Assembly: GCA_965215265.1 (NCBI GenBank)
Contig: OZ244048.1
Location: 3,200,001-3,264,000, forward strand
Direction of reading: 5' to 3'
Length of the DNA stretch: 64,000 nucleotides
From: Candidatus Poribacteria bacterium
GTDB lineage: Bacteria > Poribacteria > WGA-4E > WGA-3G
Position numbers and translations under genes: made by a program. Position 1 is the first letter of the stretch. The number at the start of each line of letters is the position of its first letter. The notes beneath the pieces are model-generated. The model searched no databases. It was not told the DNA's origin and saw only the letters and a list, made by a program, of their open reading frames with translations. Shown here one piece after another: positions 19,379-28,638 of this stretch.

Positions 19379-20491
19379 ATGCAGAAGAAGGACATCCACG
19401 ACTTTTTGTCCGAGATGTCTATTTCGAACTTTTCCGACCGGAGCATACGCCGCCTATTAGAAAACAAGGAAAACGTCCGGGGCTTGTTAGAAATCGTGTC
19501 GGCAGAACTCGCGGCGTTGATTGATTTTGCGCATCTGGTTCCAATGAATAGGAGTCTGCTGCCCGCCACTCTCCGAGAACAAGAGGCAGACATTGTATAT
19601 CGGGTGCCCTTCAAAAGTGATAGGGATGAGGGTGCGGCAGAGCTGCTCATCTATCTGCTGATTGAACATCAATCGACGGTAGATGCGACGATGGGATTTC
19701 GTGTGCTTTTCTACATGATGCTGATTTGGGACGCGGAGCGGCGGCGGTGGGCGGCCGAGAAGGTGCGGAGAAGAGAGCGTGTATTGCCGCCGATTCTGCC
19801 TGTGGTGTTTTACACGGGGAGCGGAGGGTGGAAAAAGCCTCTGACACTTGAGGCGATGATGAATCTGCCTGCGGCGCTCTCTAGATTCGTTCCGAGATTT
19901 GACATCCTGTTTCTGAATCTGACAGGCACAGACAAGGCGACGCTGACAGAGGCGGCGCATCCGTTCGGGTGGCTGATGAGAGTGCTGCAACAAGGAGATT
20001 CGGACAAAGCGTCTATAAGCCGTGCGTTACGAGAGACTTTGACGCAGTTGGCGACGCTTGATGCGGTGGATTCTGGGCAGCGTAGGGAAGCGATAATGTA
20101 TCTGGTATCGCTGATTGTGCATCGGCGTTCAAAGGAAGAACAGGAAGAGTTGATAGAGTTGATAGCCCGGCATACGAGTGATATGGAGGTAGCACCGATG
20201 GCAGAGACAATGGCCGAATTCCTCTTAGAACGAGGCATAGCACAAGGGATGGAACGAGGCATTGAACAAGGCATAGAAAAAGGGATGGAACGAGGCATAG
20301 AAAAAGGGGCGTGCCAGACGGCTATCAAAAATATAACCGCCGTCCTCAACGCGCGATTCCCTCATTGTGACATACACACTGCTACGCAGCAACTCGAAAC
20401 GCTTTCTGACCTAGAACACCTCGAGCAATTGCTGCTGACAGCCGTCAAAGCCGACAGTTTTCAAGCATTCCTACAGGCTTTAGAACTATAG
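19379..20491 (+). CDS. Rpn/YhgA-like nuclease, copy 2
   Basis: As copy 1, four fewer 4-aa repeats. Confidence 0.9.
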   Translation: MQKKDIHDFLSEMSISNFSDRSIRRLLENKENVRGLLEIVSAELAALIDFAHLVPMNRSLLPATLREQEADIVYRVPFKSDRDEGAAELLIYLLIEHQSTVDATMGFRVLFYMMLIWDAERRRWAAEKVRRRERVLPPILPVVFYTGSGGWKKPLTLEAMMNLPAALSRFVPRFDILFLNLTGTDKATLTEAAHPFGWLMRVLQQGDSDKASISRALRETLTQLATLDAVDSGQRREAIMYLVSLIVHRRSKEEQEELIELIARHTSDMEVAPMAETMAEFLLERGIAQGMERGIEQGIEKGMERGIEKGACQTAIKNITAVLNARFPHCDIHTATQQLETLSDLEHLEQLLLTAVKADSFQAFLQALEL

Positions 20492-20611
20492 AAACGCACG
20501 CGCCGAACGCCCTGGCCGGCGCCGGGCTGCTCTTGTCGGGGTGTCAGGTAGGAACCCTAGTCGTTTTGAGAAGGGAAGCACTTGCCACCTGCCACGTTTT
20601 AGGAGTCTAAT

Positions 20612-21736
20612 ATGCAGAAGAAGGACATCCACGACTTTTTGTCCGAGATGTCTGTTTCGAACTTTTCGGATCGGAGCATACGCCGTTTATTAGAAAACAA
20701 GGAAAACGTCCGGGGCTTGTTAGAAATCGTGTCGGCAGAACTCGCGGCGTTGATTGATTTTGAGCATTTGGTTCCAATGAATAGGAGTCTGCTGCCCGCC
20801 ACTCTCCGAGAACAAGAGGCAGACATTGTATATCGTGTGCCCTTCAAAAGTGATAGGGATGAGGGTGGTGAGGAGCTACTCATCTATCTGCTGATTGAAC
20901 ATCAATCGACGGTAGATGCGACGATGGGATTTCGTGTGCTTTTCTACATGATGCTGATTTGGGACGCAGAGCGGCGGCGGTGGGCGGCCGAGAAGGTGCC
21001 GAGAAGAGAGCGTGTGTTGCCGCCGATTCTGCCTGTGGTGTTTTACACGGGGGAGCGGCGGTGGGAAAAACCACTGACACTTGAGGCGCTGATGAATCTG
21101 CCCGCGGCGCTCTCTCGATTCGTTCCGAGATTTGACATCCTGTTTCTGAATCTGAACCGCACAGACAAGGCGACGCTGACAGAGGCGGCTCATCCGTTCG
21201 GGTGGCTGATGAGAGTGCTGCAACAAGGAGATTCGGACAAAGCGTCTATAAGCCGTGCGTTACGAGAGACTTTGACGCAGTTGGCGACACTTGATGCGGC
21301 GGATTCAGGGCAGCGTAGGGAAGCGATAATGTATCTGGTATCGCTGATTGTGCATCGGCGTTCAAAGGAAGAACAGGAAGAGTTGATAGAGCTGGTAGCC
21401 CGGCATACGAGTGATATGGAGGTAGCACCGATGGCAGAGACAATGGCCGAATTCCTCTTCGAACGAGGCATGGCACAAGGCATAGAACGAGGCATAGAAC
21501 AAGGCATAGAACGAGGCATAGAACAAGGGAGAGAAGAAGGGAGAGAACAGGGGGCGTGCCAGACGGCTATCAAAAATATAACCGCCGTCCTCAACGCGCG
21601 ATTCCCTCATTGTGACATACACACTGCCACGCAGAAACTCGAAACGCTTTCTAACCTCGAACACCTCGAGCAATTGCTGCTGACAGCCGTCAAAGCCGAC
21701 AGTTTTCAAGCATTCCTACAGGCTTTAGAACTATAG
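20612..21736 (+). CDS. Rpn/YhgA-like nuclease, copy 3
   Basis: As copy 1, distinct repeat tract ending GREEGREQG. Confidence 0.9.
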   Translation: MQKKDIHDFLSEMSVSNFSDRSIRRLLENKENVRGLLEIVSAELAALIDFEHLVPMNRSLLPATLREQEADIVYRVPFKSDRDEGGEELLIYLLIEHQSTVDATMGFRVLFYMMLIWDAERRRWAAEKVPRRERVLPPILPVVFYTGERRWEKPLTLEALMNLPAALSRFVPRFDILFLNLNRTDKATLTEAAHPFGWLMRVLQQGDSDKASISRALRETLTQLATLDAADSGQRREAIMYLVSLIVHRRSKEEQEELIELVARHTSDMEVAPMAETMAEFLFERGMAQGIERGIEQGIERGIEQGREEGREQGACQTAIKNITAVLNARFPHCDIHTATQKLETLSNLEHLEQLLLTAVKADSFQAFLQALEL

Positions 21737-21764
21737 AAACGCACGCGCCGGACGGTGGACGGTG

Positions 21765-21791
21765 GACGAGGGTGCCAGTGGCACCCTCGTC
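21765..21791. terminator. Perfect 13-bp inverted repeat closing the rpn array
   Basis: GACGAGGGTGCCA-G-TGGCACCCTCGTC followed by TGCTTT. Confidence 0.5.
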
Positions 21792-22078
21792 TGCTTTCAC
21801 TGATAGAAAGAGAAGAATCTATGACTATTCTGGACAAAACCTCCATCACACCTAAGTTCCTTTTCACAAAGGCACCTGCTAAGCCGCAGAGACAATTGAT
21901 GTCCTTGTTCGTAACAATGCACCTGACATTTCTAAAATCTTTTTATTACTTGTCTGTTTTTGGGTTTCTTAACCGGATGTGATCGGTGTGTGCTAACCTC
22001 TGCTTGAGAAAACGCTTGATAGAATTCCCGAAGGATGATATTTTTTGATACAAATTCCATTCAAGAGGCAAAGAACCG

Positions 22079-23173
22079 ATGAGTATCAGTATCGGGATGG
22101 TCGGCTTGGGGATGTTCGGGCCGTCGTTCATAAAATCGTTTAAGGAGCATCCGGATGTGCATCGCCTCGCCTTGTGTGATTTACATGCGGATAGATTGTC
22201 AAAGTGGGCGAAACAGTTTCACATCGCGGAGACATATCCGGGTCTTGATGCTATCTGTCAATCAGATTTAGATGCAGTGGTCATCATCACTCAACATTGG
22301 ATGCATGCACCACAAGCAATTCAGGCGATGGAAGCCGGCAAACATGTGTATACCGCTGTTCCGGCTGCTGTTTCCCTGGATGAGTGCGAGGGACTGGTAC
22401 GCACTGTTGAAAGGACCGGGATGATTTACATGAATGGCGAGACGAGTTATTTCCGTCCGGAGGCGGCTTTCTGTCGTGAGAAAGCCGCAGAGGGTGCGTT
22501 CGGCGAATTTGTCCACTGCCGTGCTGAGTATTTTCACGACATCAGCCACGGGCTCTACGATGTCGCAAAAAATCGATGGGGTGAGCAGTGGAGCCGTGAC
22601 AAGAGCGGTGGAATTCCGATGTACTATCCGACGCATTCTACGTGTTTTCCGATCTCAGTGATGAACGCTCACGCTACCTCTGTCTCTGCGCAAGGGTACG
22701 TCTACCCGAACGATGACTGGTTTCGAGAGGATACGATTCACAAAAATCCGTTCTCCAATGAAGTTGGACTGTTTACGATGAGCAACGGTGCCACGATGCA
22801 GATCTGTGAGTTCCGCCGGGTCGGGCACCCTGGATGTGAGCGCCTGAGCGGTATTTACGGCACAGCCGGAAGTTTCGAGCAAAACCTCGCTGGAGCCGTT
22901 TGGGCAGATAAACACGGAAAACAGACCGTCCATCCTTCAAGGGAGCATGAATATCTGCCGGAGGCATTGGCTGCTGATTTGGGGGGCCACGGTGGTTCAC
23001 ACGCCTATCTGGTGCATGAATTTGTGGATGCGGTGAATCGGCAGCGATTGCCACGCATCAATGTGTGGGAAGCAGTTAGGTACTGTGCGCCGGGGCTTGT
23101 CGCGCATGAATCTGCCGTCCGGGATGGAGAATTGCTGCCTGTTCCGGATTGGGGCGATGCGCCTTCGGATTAG
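22079..23173 (+). CDS. Gfo/Idh/MocA oxidoreductase
   Basis: IGMVGLGMFG, AGKHVY, YPTHS, GGHGGSH. Confidence 0.85.
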   Translation: MSISIGMVGLGMFGPSFIKSFKEHPDVHRLALCDLHADRLSKWAKQFHIAETYPGLDAICQSDLDAVVIITQHWMHAPQAIQAMEAGKHVYTAVPAAVSLDECEGLVRTVERTGMIYMNGETSYFRPEAAFCREKAAEGAFGEFVHCRAEYFHDISHGLYDVAKNRWGEQWSRDKSGGIPMYYPTHSTCFPISVMNAHATSVSAQGYVYPNDDWFREDTIHKNPFSNEVGLFTMSNGATMQICEFRRVGHPGCERLSGIYGTAGSFEQNLAGAVWADKHGKQTVHPSREHEYLPEALAADLGGHGGSHAYLVHEFVDAVNRQRLPRINVWEAVRYCAPGLVAHESAVRDGELLPVPDWGDAPSD

Positions 23174-24348
23174 AAGGCTGCTTCAAGCAAGCGTGCCATA
23201 TCTTCTTCTGTACAGGAACGCGGGTTGAACTTGTAACAGTGATCGAGCATGGCATCGGCTGCGAGTTTGGGAATGCGTTCGTGCGCCAGACCGGCTGTCT
23301 GGAGCCCGCTCGGTATTTCTAATTCCGCGTTCAGTTCTCGGATCTCATCAATCGCAGCACATGCCGCTTCACCGGGAGACATGCTTGTCGTGTTGACACC
23401 TAATGCTTTGGCGATTTCTGCGTATCCATCAATTGCATGAGGCAGGTTAAATTCCATGACGTGTGGCAACAGTATCGCGTTCGCCATGCCGTGCGGGATG
23501 GGTGCTTCTGTGGATAGCTGATGTGCGAGCGAATGAACGGCCCCGAGCCCTTTTTGAAATGAAAACGCGGCCATACAGGCTCCGAGCAACATCTCGTTTC
23601 GCGCTGTAATATCATCGCCCTGATGATACGCTTTTCGGATATTCGCGGCTAACATTTTCAGTGCCTGTAGTGCGACACCTTCTGCTATCGGGTGATATTT
23701 GGTTGCCACGTACGCCTCAATACCGTGCGTTATCGCGTCCATTCCAGTTGCAGCGGTGAGCGCGGGGGGCATTCCAACCGTCAATTCGGCATCTAGTACA
23801 GCGATGTCTGCCATATTGAAGGGTGTAACGATTGCGCGTTTGCGCCACCGATTCGTGGTCTGTCCGGAGGTGTCAGTGATAACGGTGCCTTGCGAAACTT
23901 CGCTGCCGGTTCCAGCGGTGGTAGGCACACAAATGAGGGGTGGCATGTCGGCGCGGATCCGTTCGAACCCGCCGGAATCAACGTAGTAAGGCTCTAAAGG
24001 CGGCGGGTGAGTTGTGAGGAGGCGGATAGCTTTTGCGGCATCCATAACGCTCCCGCCGCCGATAGCGATGACGACATCACATTTTTCTGCGGTGCAAATT
24101 TCCACCCCTCGTACAATACTGGTATCTGTGGGATTGGGTTCGATTTCGGTATAGCAGGCGTGGGCAAGTTTAGCGGCTTCCAAGGCTGCGAGTCCGCGAG
24201 CGAGTAGTCCTGCGTTGACGATACCGGCATCACTGACAACGAGCGGTTTTTTGCCCCCGAGATGCGTAACATGGGCACCCAGGTTTTTGATGGTACCGCT
24301 CCCACATTCAATACGTGGCGGTAAAAAATAGTTCAACTGTGCTTGCAT
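23170..24348 (-). CDS. Iron-containing alcohol dehydrogenase
   Basis: GGGS, PTTAGTGSE, DAITHGIEAY, HSLAH, PHG. Confidence 0.92.
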   Translation of the reverse strand: MQAQLNYFLPPRIECGSGTIKNLGAHVTHLGGKKPLVVSDAGIVNAGLLARGLAALEAAKLAHACYTEIEPNPTDTSIVRGVEICTAEKCDVVIAIGGGSVMDAAKAIRLLTTHPPPLEPYYVDSGGFERIRADMPPLICVPTTAGTGSEVSQGTVITDTSGQTTNRWRKRAIVTPFNMADIAVLDAELTVGMPPALTAATGMDAITHGIEAYVATKYHPIAEGVALQALKMLAANIRKAYHQGDDITARNEMLLGACMAAFSFQKGLGAVHSLAHQLSTEAPIPHGMANAILLPHVMEFNLPHAIDGYAEIAKALGVNTTSMSPGEAACAAIDEIRELNAELEIPSGLQTAGLAHERIPKLAADAMLDHCYKFNPRSCTEEDMARLLEAAF

Positions 24349-24430
24349 AGAAATCCCCTGATGTATGTGTGCTATAAACGCCTTAAGCGGAACTGATAGG
24401 TCTATGTTTTAACGGATGTAAGTGCTCTGT

Positions 24431-26389
24431 TTAATCCCAGCCTTGCTGTATCTCTGCAACTAATGCATTTAAATGCACGTGTCGAAAAAATTCAGATAAA
24501 CGTCTCCGTTTGAGGACTTTCGGCAGTAGAGTGAAGTACTGGTAAGGTTTCTCAGCGAGTTCGAGCACGTTTCGATAGGCTTTACTGGTTGCGTAGCCGA
24601 CTGTTAATTCGTATTTTTGTCCATGTTTTTTGAGGTAGTCAACGAGGCGCGTTGCACAGAGTTCTATTTGTGTTGTGTTTTGTGCGGCGAGTTGAAAATC
24701 GTATCGAAGAATAGCCTCTTCTTCCTCAAATTCTTCAGGGATGGGTCCATAGAGTCCGGACAACGTGACTTTGTGAATTCGGTGATGCTTGTCTGGAAAT
24801 GCTTCTTTCAGTTTTTTCGCTATGATAGTGTGGGTTCGTGAGAGTGAGTATGGTTTTTTTCCTGCACACGGAATGACGAGAAGAATCTCTTTCTGTGTTG
24901 GCGGCTGATATTCCGCAGGGACCTGAAAATCATCTGGCGTATAAGAGAGAGAGATGGTGCGCGTTTCGGCTTCCTGGAGGAGCGTGTTGGAATTTTCTGA
25001 GTTCTCGTAATTGAGCGGGAAAAGTTCCAATTGATTTGGGTTTTTGGCGTTTTTTTCTGCGACAGCCGGCATCTGCATTAATGTGCGGTTTAAACGGATG
25101 CCCAATTCAATATCTTGTGCAGAGAGCCAGTCTATGACATTCCGGATTCTGTTGTTGCGTTGGTATTTTTTGAAATGCCGTGTTAAGGCTTCTTGTGCGT
25201 CATCAGCCAGGATTGCCTCGCGCATTTCTGCGAGCATTTCGGTTTCCATCTCAAAATTGTGAAGTGCTATAACTGCATAGTACTCGCTTTTAAATTTGCC
25301 GGTTGAGGTGGGTTGATAACTTTTCTCATCCATGAAAGCTTGTTGTATCTCTTCAAGTGGCGTTGCTTGGCAAATGCGGCAATCACAGACATAGGTGTCC
25401 ATCTCTAGGATTTTCAATTTCTGGTGGTCCTGTGGGTGTAAATAGGAAAGTCCGCGTGATGCTTGGACGTAGGAAGAGCTGTCAAAACTATCAACGCCCA
25501 TATATGCTAAGATAGGTGTCAAGATGCCGGAGACGCCGAAGGCGTGAATCGGTGTATTATCTCGTCGTGTAGTTGGAATTGTGTTAAGGACGGCCTTGAA
25601 GAGTTGCATGATTGCGGTATCATTTTTCCCGCGCAACGGGACGAGGGAGCCGACGGCGAGTCCGAAGGAAGGTAAGATGTCGCCGAGTTGTTCAAAAACT
25701 TTATTCACATAAGCTTGTATATCGTTTCCGGATTGCCCATGACAGCAGGCGTAGAGGTATGGCATGTCCTCTTTTTGGCTGATTCGTTCGGCGGCTTGAC
25801 GGGCGTTAGCGAGACTTTTTGCCATTCTGAGTTCGGCCTCATCGCGTGCTAAGTTGGGTGGGATAGGATAGTCAAGGGATGCGACAATATCGCCATCAAA
25901 ATCTAATTGCATAGAGAGAATATCATCTGCTTCTGTCTCGGGTTGAATACCGTAGGCGGATAAATCTAAGCTAGTGTTGTAAAGCAGTTTGAAACCGCCG
26001 GAATCTAAGAAGAGCGTGCCGTTGTAGTCGCCATTGATTTCGCGGTAATGCTCGCGCATCGGTTTTTGTCGCCAACGTTCGAGATATTTGGCGGTGAAGT
26101 TAAAATCGAGAAAGTGTAAAACCTGTGACAACGCCGGCGTATCGTGTTTCATCAGATCGCGTAGAATGTATTTCCATACACCTCCGCCACGTGCACTGGT
26201 TCCAGTGAGGAAGTTGATAACAGGATAGAGCAGCGGTGTAGTTATTTTTCGATTTGCCGCCCTAAATTGCAATTCGCCAATTCGTCCATGCTGTGTAGAA
26301 ACGACGGTTTGGTAGATAGTGGGCTTTTTATGAGCACGGAGCTCCGGTTGTGTTTGCATAGTCAATGTTGTAATCTCATTTCTTTTCAA
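24431..26389 (-). CDS. Archaeal-type tRNA-guanine transglycosylase-like protein fused to an ArcS/DUF5591-like domain
   Basis: LDSGGF, LDYP, GSLVP, PIHAFG, GVDSFDSSSY, Zn site CDCRIC...HN; C-terminal PCAGKKPYSLSRTH...SGLYGPIPEEFE. Confidence 0.82.
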   Translation of the reverse strand: MKRNEITTLTMQTQPELRAHKKPTIYQTVVSTQHGRIGELQFRAANRKITTPLLYPVINFLTGTSARGGGVWKYILRDLMKHDTPALSQVLHFLDFNFTAKYLERWRQKPMREHYREINGDYNGTLFLDSGGFKLLYNTSLDLSAYGIQPETEADDILSMQLDFDGDIVASLDYPIPPNLARDEAELRMAKSLANARQAAERISQKEDMPYLYACCHGQSGNDIQAYVNKVFEQLGDILPSFGLAVGSLVPLRGKNDTAIMQLFKAVLNTIPTTRRDNTPIHAFGVSGILTPILAYMGVDSFDSSSYVQASRGLSYLHPQDHQKLKILEMDTYVCDCRICQATPLEEIQQAFMDEKSYQPTSTGKFKSEYYAVIALHNFEMETEMLAEMREAILADDAQEALTRHFKKYQRNNRIRNVIDWLSAQDIELGIRLNRTLMQMPAVAEKNAKNPNQLELFPLNYENSENSNTLLQEAETRTISLSYTPDDFQVPAEYQPPTQKEILLVIPCAGKKPYSLSRTHTIIAKKLKEAFPDKHHRIHKVTLSGLYGPIPEEFEEEEAILRYDFQLAAQNTTQIELCATRLVDYLKKHGQKYELTVGYATSKAYRNVLELAEKPYQYFTLLPKVLKRRRLSEFFRHVHLNALVAEIQQGWD

Positions 26390-26483
26390 GGATATAAACT
26401 TCTATCATATCACAAATCGAATTTTCTGACAACCCGGGCGGTGATTTTTGTGTTTTGCAGCAGCACGTCGGATCAATTTTCAG

Positions 26484-27053
26484 TCATAATGCGCTAAAAA
26501 TGAGATAGGCAACTAACGAAATACTGTTTACTACAACTAAGCTCCATTTTCCGATACGAGATTGTAGTCTCTGAAAGAGATAGATTGATACTGCAAGTGT
26601 AACGCATATTTCAATGGGTCTGACAATATGTCCATAATGTGCCGCATCCCAATAGGAGACAGGACTTTCAAAAGCGAAGTCGGAGAGGGGAAAGAAGTGG
26701 TGGTGGGCATCGTCGTTGTGAAGGAAAAAGTCGAAAAGGCTGTGCAGCAGTAAGCTCCAGCCTAAAATCGTTGCAGATTCGGATTTCACGAGATAACGGC
26801 AGAGCGCTAAGAAAACAAGAGTAATTGGAATGGAGTTGAAAAGGTCAAAGAAATTCTGCCATGTCTTTATGAAATATCGTTCGGACCAGAGTTCTTGTTG
26901 GGGTGTTTGGAGGATAAAAGTTTCCACGGCGAAGAAGATGAACATAGGTAAGTCGGGAAGCACTGCGCCAATCAAGGCATAGCGGTGAAGCTCAGGTTTC
27001 CCTGGACGCGAGAGCATCGCGATGTTAATGATGGCATGGGATTGGGTTGTCAT
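26484..27053 (-). CDS. Membrane-bound metal-dependent hydrolase (YdjM-like)
   Basis: SH, GAVLPD, HSLFD, HHFFP with TM segments. Confidence 0.65.
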   Translation of the reverse strand: MTTQSHAIINIAMLSRPGKPELHRYALIGAVLPDLPMFIFFAVETFILQTPQQELWSERYFIKTWQNFFDLFNSIPITLVFLALCRYLVKSESATILGWSLLLHSLFDFFLHNDDAHHHFFPLSDFAFESPVSYWDAAHYGHIVRPIEICVTLAVSIYLFQRLQSRIGKWSLVVVNSISLVAYLIFSAL

Positions 27054-27093
27054 AGCGAGTAATTTTGGGGTAATGCAGGATAGCTATAGACAC

Positions 27094-28431
27094 TTATCCG
27101 AATACCCATACCTCTCCGGTAAAGGGAGGAAAGAGACAATCCAGTAGCACTGCTGCGGTGTCGTGTGCCCAACAATCAACGAACTGTGATGTTAGTTCTT
27201 CTGTGCGTCGTCGTCCGCAGAGTAGCTGCAAAAAGGTAAGTTCTGGGAACGCGGCATCCCCCGCTTCAACGGAATCCGACTCCCAGTTGGAGAGCTCGCT
27301 TATTTTTCCTCGGTTAAACTTAATGTGTAATCCGCTCCGGTAGAAGTTAAGTTTGAGCTGGCCGCTGTAGCCCTCCGCTACTGTGCCAACGAGGTGTTTT
27401 TCAAGTGCCGGCTGGATGTGCCGCAAAAACGCGATGAGAGTAGGGATGCGAATAAACAGGGCATACGGCTCTTCCTGTCGGACAATGCCTTTGGGTAAGC
27501 AGGAATAGACTGGATGCTCACGTCCCAACATGAGCTGGAGCCCTTTCGCTTTTCCATCTTTACCCTTCTCATCTGCTTGTAATAACCACAAGGCTCTTAA
27601 TAGAGAGGGCGTGAGGTGTAGATAACCGACACCGGATTTGAGTTCAAGTTGTGTGATAATTAAATTATCGTCCTCGAGGCGCGGCATATACTGGACATAA
27701 CCTAGCGGTGTTCCTGCCGCATCCTCTATAATCCCCCATGCGAACCGCGACTGACTTCCTTCTGAACGCCCAGTGAATTCATAGTTCCACATTGCAGATG
27801 TGCGGGGACACGCAAAAACGTGGCGACGCATCATACCTTCGTATAAGTTTTGAATGAAGTTGGTATCATCAGTTGCTTGAGCGCGAAGGCGACAACTTTC
27901 GACATCACTTTTTCGCAGTGTCTGAATGTTCGGAATGTGCCGTGCGTCAATAACCCTTTCGCCTTCTATATCCATTGCCATTTCGTAACCAAACTGGCGG
28001 TAATACCACGGAATGCCCGTGATACCCTGCATCAATTCACCCCGGCTCTCACTGAGGGCATGGATGACTTCGAACTGCTTTCGCACCAGCCCGCGTCTAC
28101 GGTAAGCTGCATCTGTGGCTACAAATTCCGGTCTCCCGAATTTGAAAGGGATGCCACTGTAGCTCCACGTCTGCGAAATCAAGCATGCGGATGAAACAAT
28201 CTTTCCGCTTTGTGTCTCTTCAACAACGGTGAAATCGTTCGCCTTGCATGTAGGGTGCTGTCCTGACATCAAATCACGGACTGCGGGGCCGGTATCCATA
28301 GTTTCGTGTAAGCGGAGATTGAAGTCGACGAGTTCGGCCGTATCTTCAACCGTAGCAAATCGGAGCGTGAGGTTGTCACCCAAATCGAGCGGCATTTGTG
28401 TGAGATTGAGAGTTGTAGTATTTTGGGACAT
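27094..28431 (-). CDS. Eis-like GNAT N-acetyltransferase
   Basis: VATDAAYRRRGL acetyl-CoA motif, YYRQFGY, C-terminal SCP-like region. Confidence 0.8.
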   Translation of the reverse strand: MSQNTTTLNLTQMPLDLGDNLTLRFATVEDTAELVDFNLRLHETMDTGPAVRDLMSGQHPTCKANDFTVVEETQSGKIVSSACLISQTWSYSGIPFKFGRPEFVATDAAYRRRGLVRKQFEVIHALSESRGELMQGITGIPWYYRQFGYEMAMDIEGERVIDARHIPNIQTLRKSDVESCRLRAQATDDTNFIQNLYEGMMRRHVFACPRTSAMWNYEFTGRSEGSQSRFAWGIIEDAAGTPLGYVQYMPRLEDDNLIITQLELKSGVGYLHLTPSLLRALWLLQADEKGKDGKAKGLQLMLGREHPVYSCLPKGIVRQEEPYALFIRIPTLIAFLRHIQPALEKHLVGTVAEGYSGQLKLNFYRSGLHIKFNRGKISELSNWESDSVEAGDAAFPELTFLQLLCGRRRTEELTSQFVDCWAHDTAAVLLDCLFPPFTGEVWVFG

Positions 28432-28529
28432 TTACGTTCCTTGGCGTTCGGATATCGAATTCCTGTTCACGTTTATCTTATCTTATGCGACGCATAATTG
28501 TCAAGAGGAATACGAAAAATTGGTTTTCC

Positions 28530-28558
28530 TTGACAGGATTCCGATGCCTCCGTATAAT
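28530..28558 (+). promoter_or_regulatory. Consensus sigma70 promoter of comEC
   Basis: TTGACA-17-TATAAT, 80 bp upstream of ATG 28639. Confidence 0.7.
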
Positions 28559-28638
28559 ACTTTATCTTAAGTATTGTAACGCAATTTCGGATTTGCTTTA
28601 TATGAAAAAGTAGAAAGTTTGGGGAACGAAAAGAGGAA

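Larger units (their letters stand above)
18044..21750 (+). repeat. Tandem triplication of an ~1.25-kb rpn unit
   Basis: TAGTCGTTTTGAGAAGGGAAGCACTTG starts at 18044, 19325 and 20558 (periods 1281 and 1233 bp); copies are near-identical. Confidence 0.95.

Noticed and set aside
18098-21736. rpn copies as insertion sequences ('putative transposase')
   Set aside because: No terminal inverted repeats or target-site duplications; the arrangement is a head-to-tail tandem amplification
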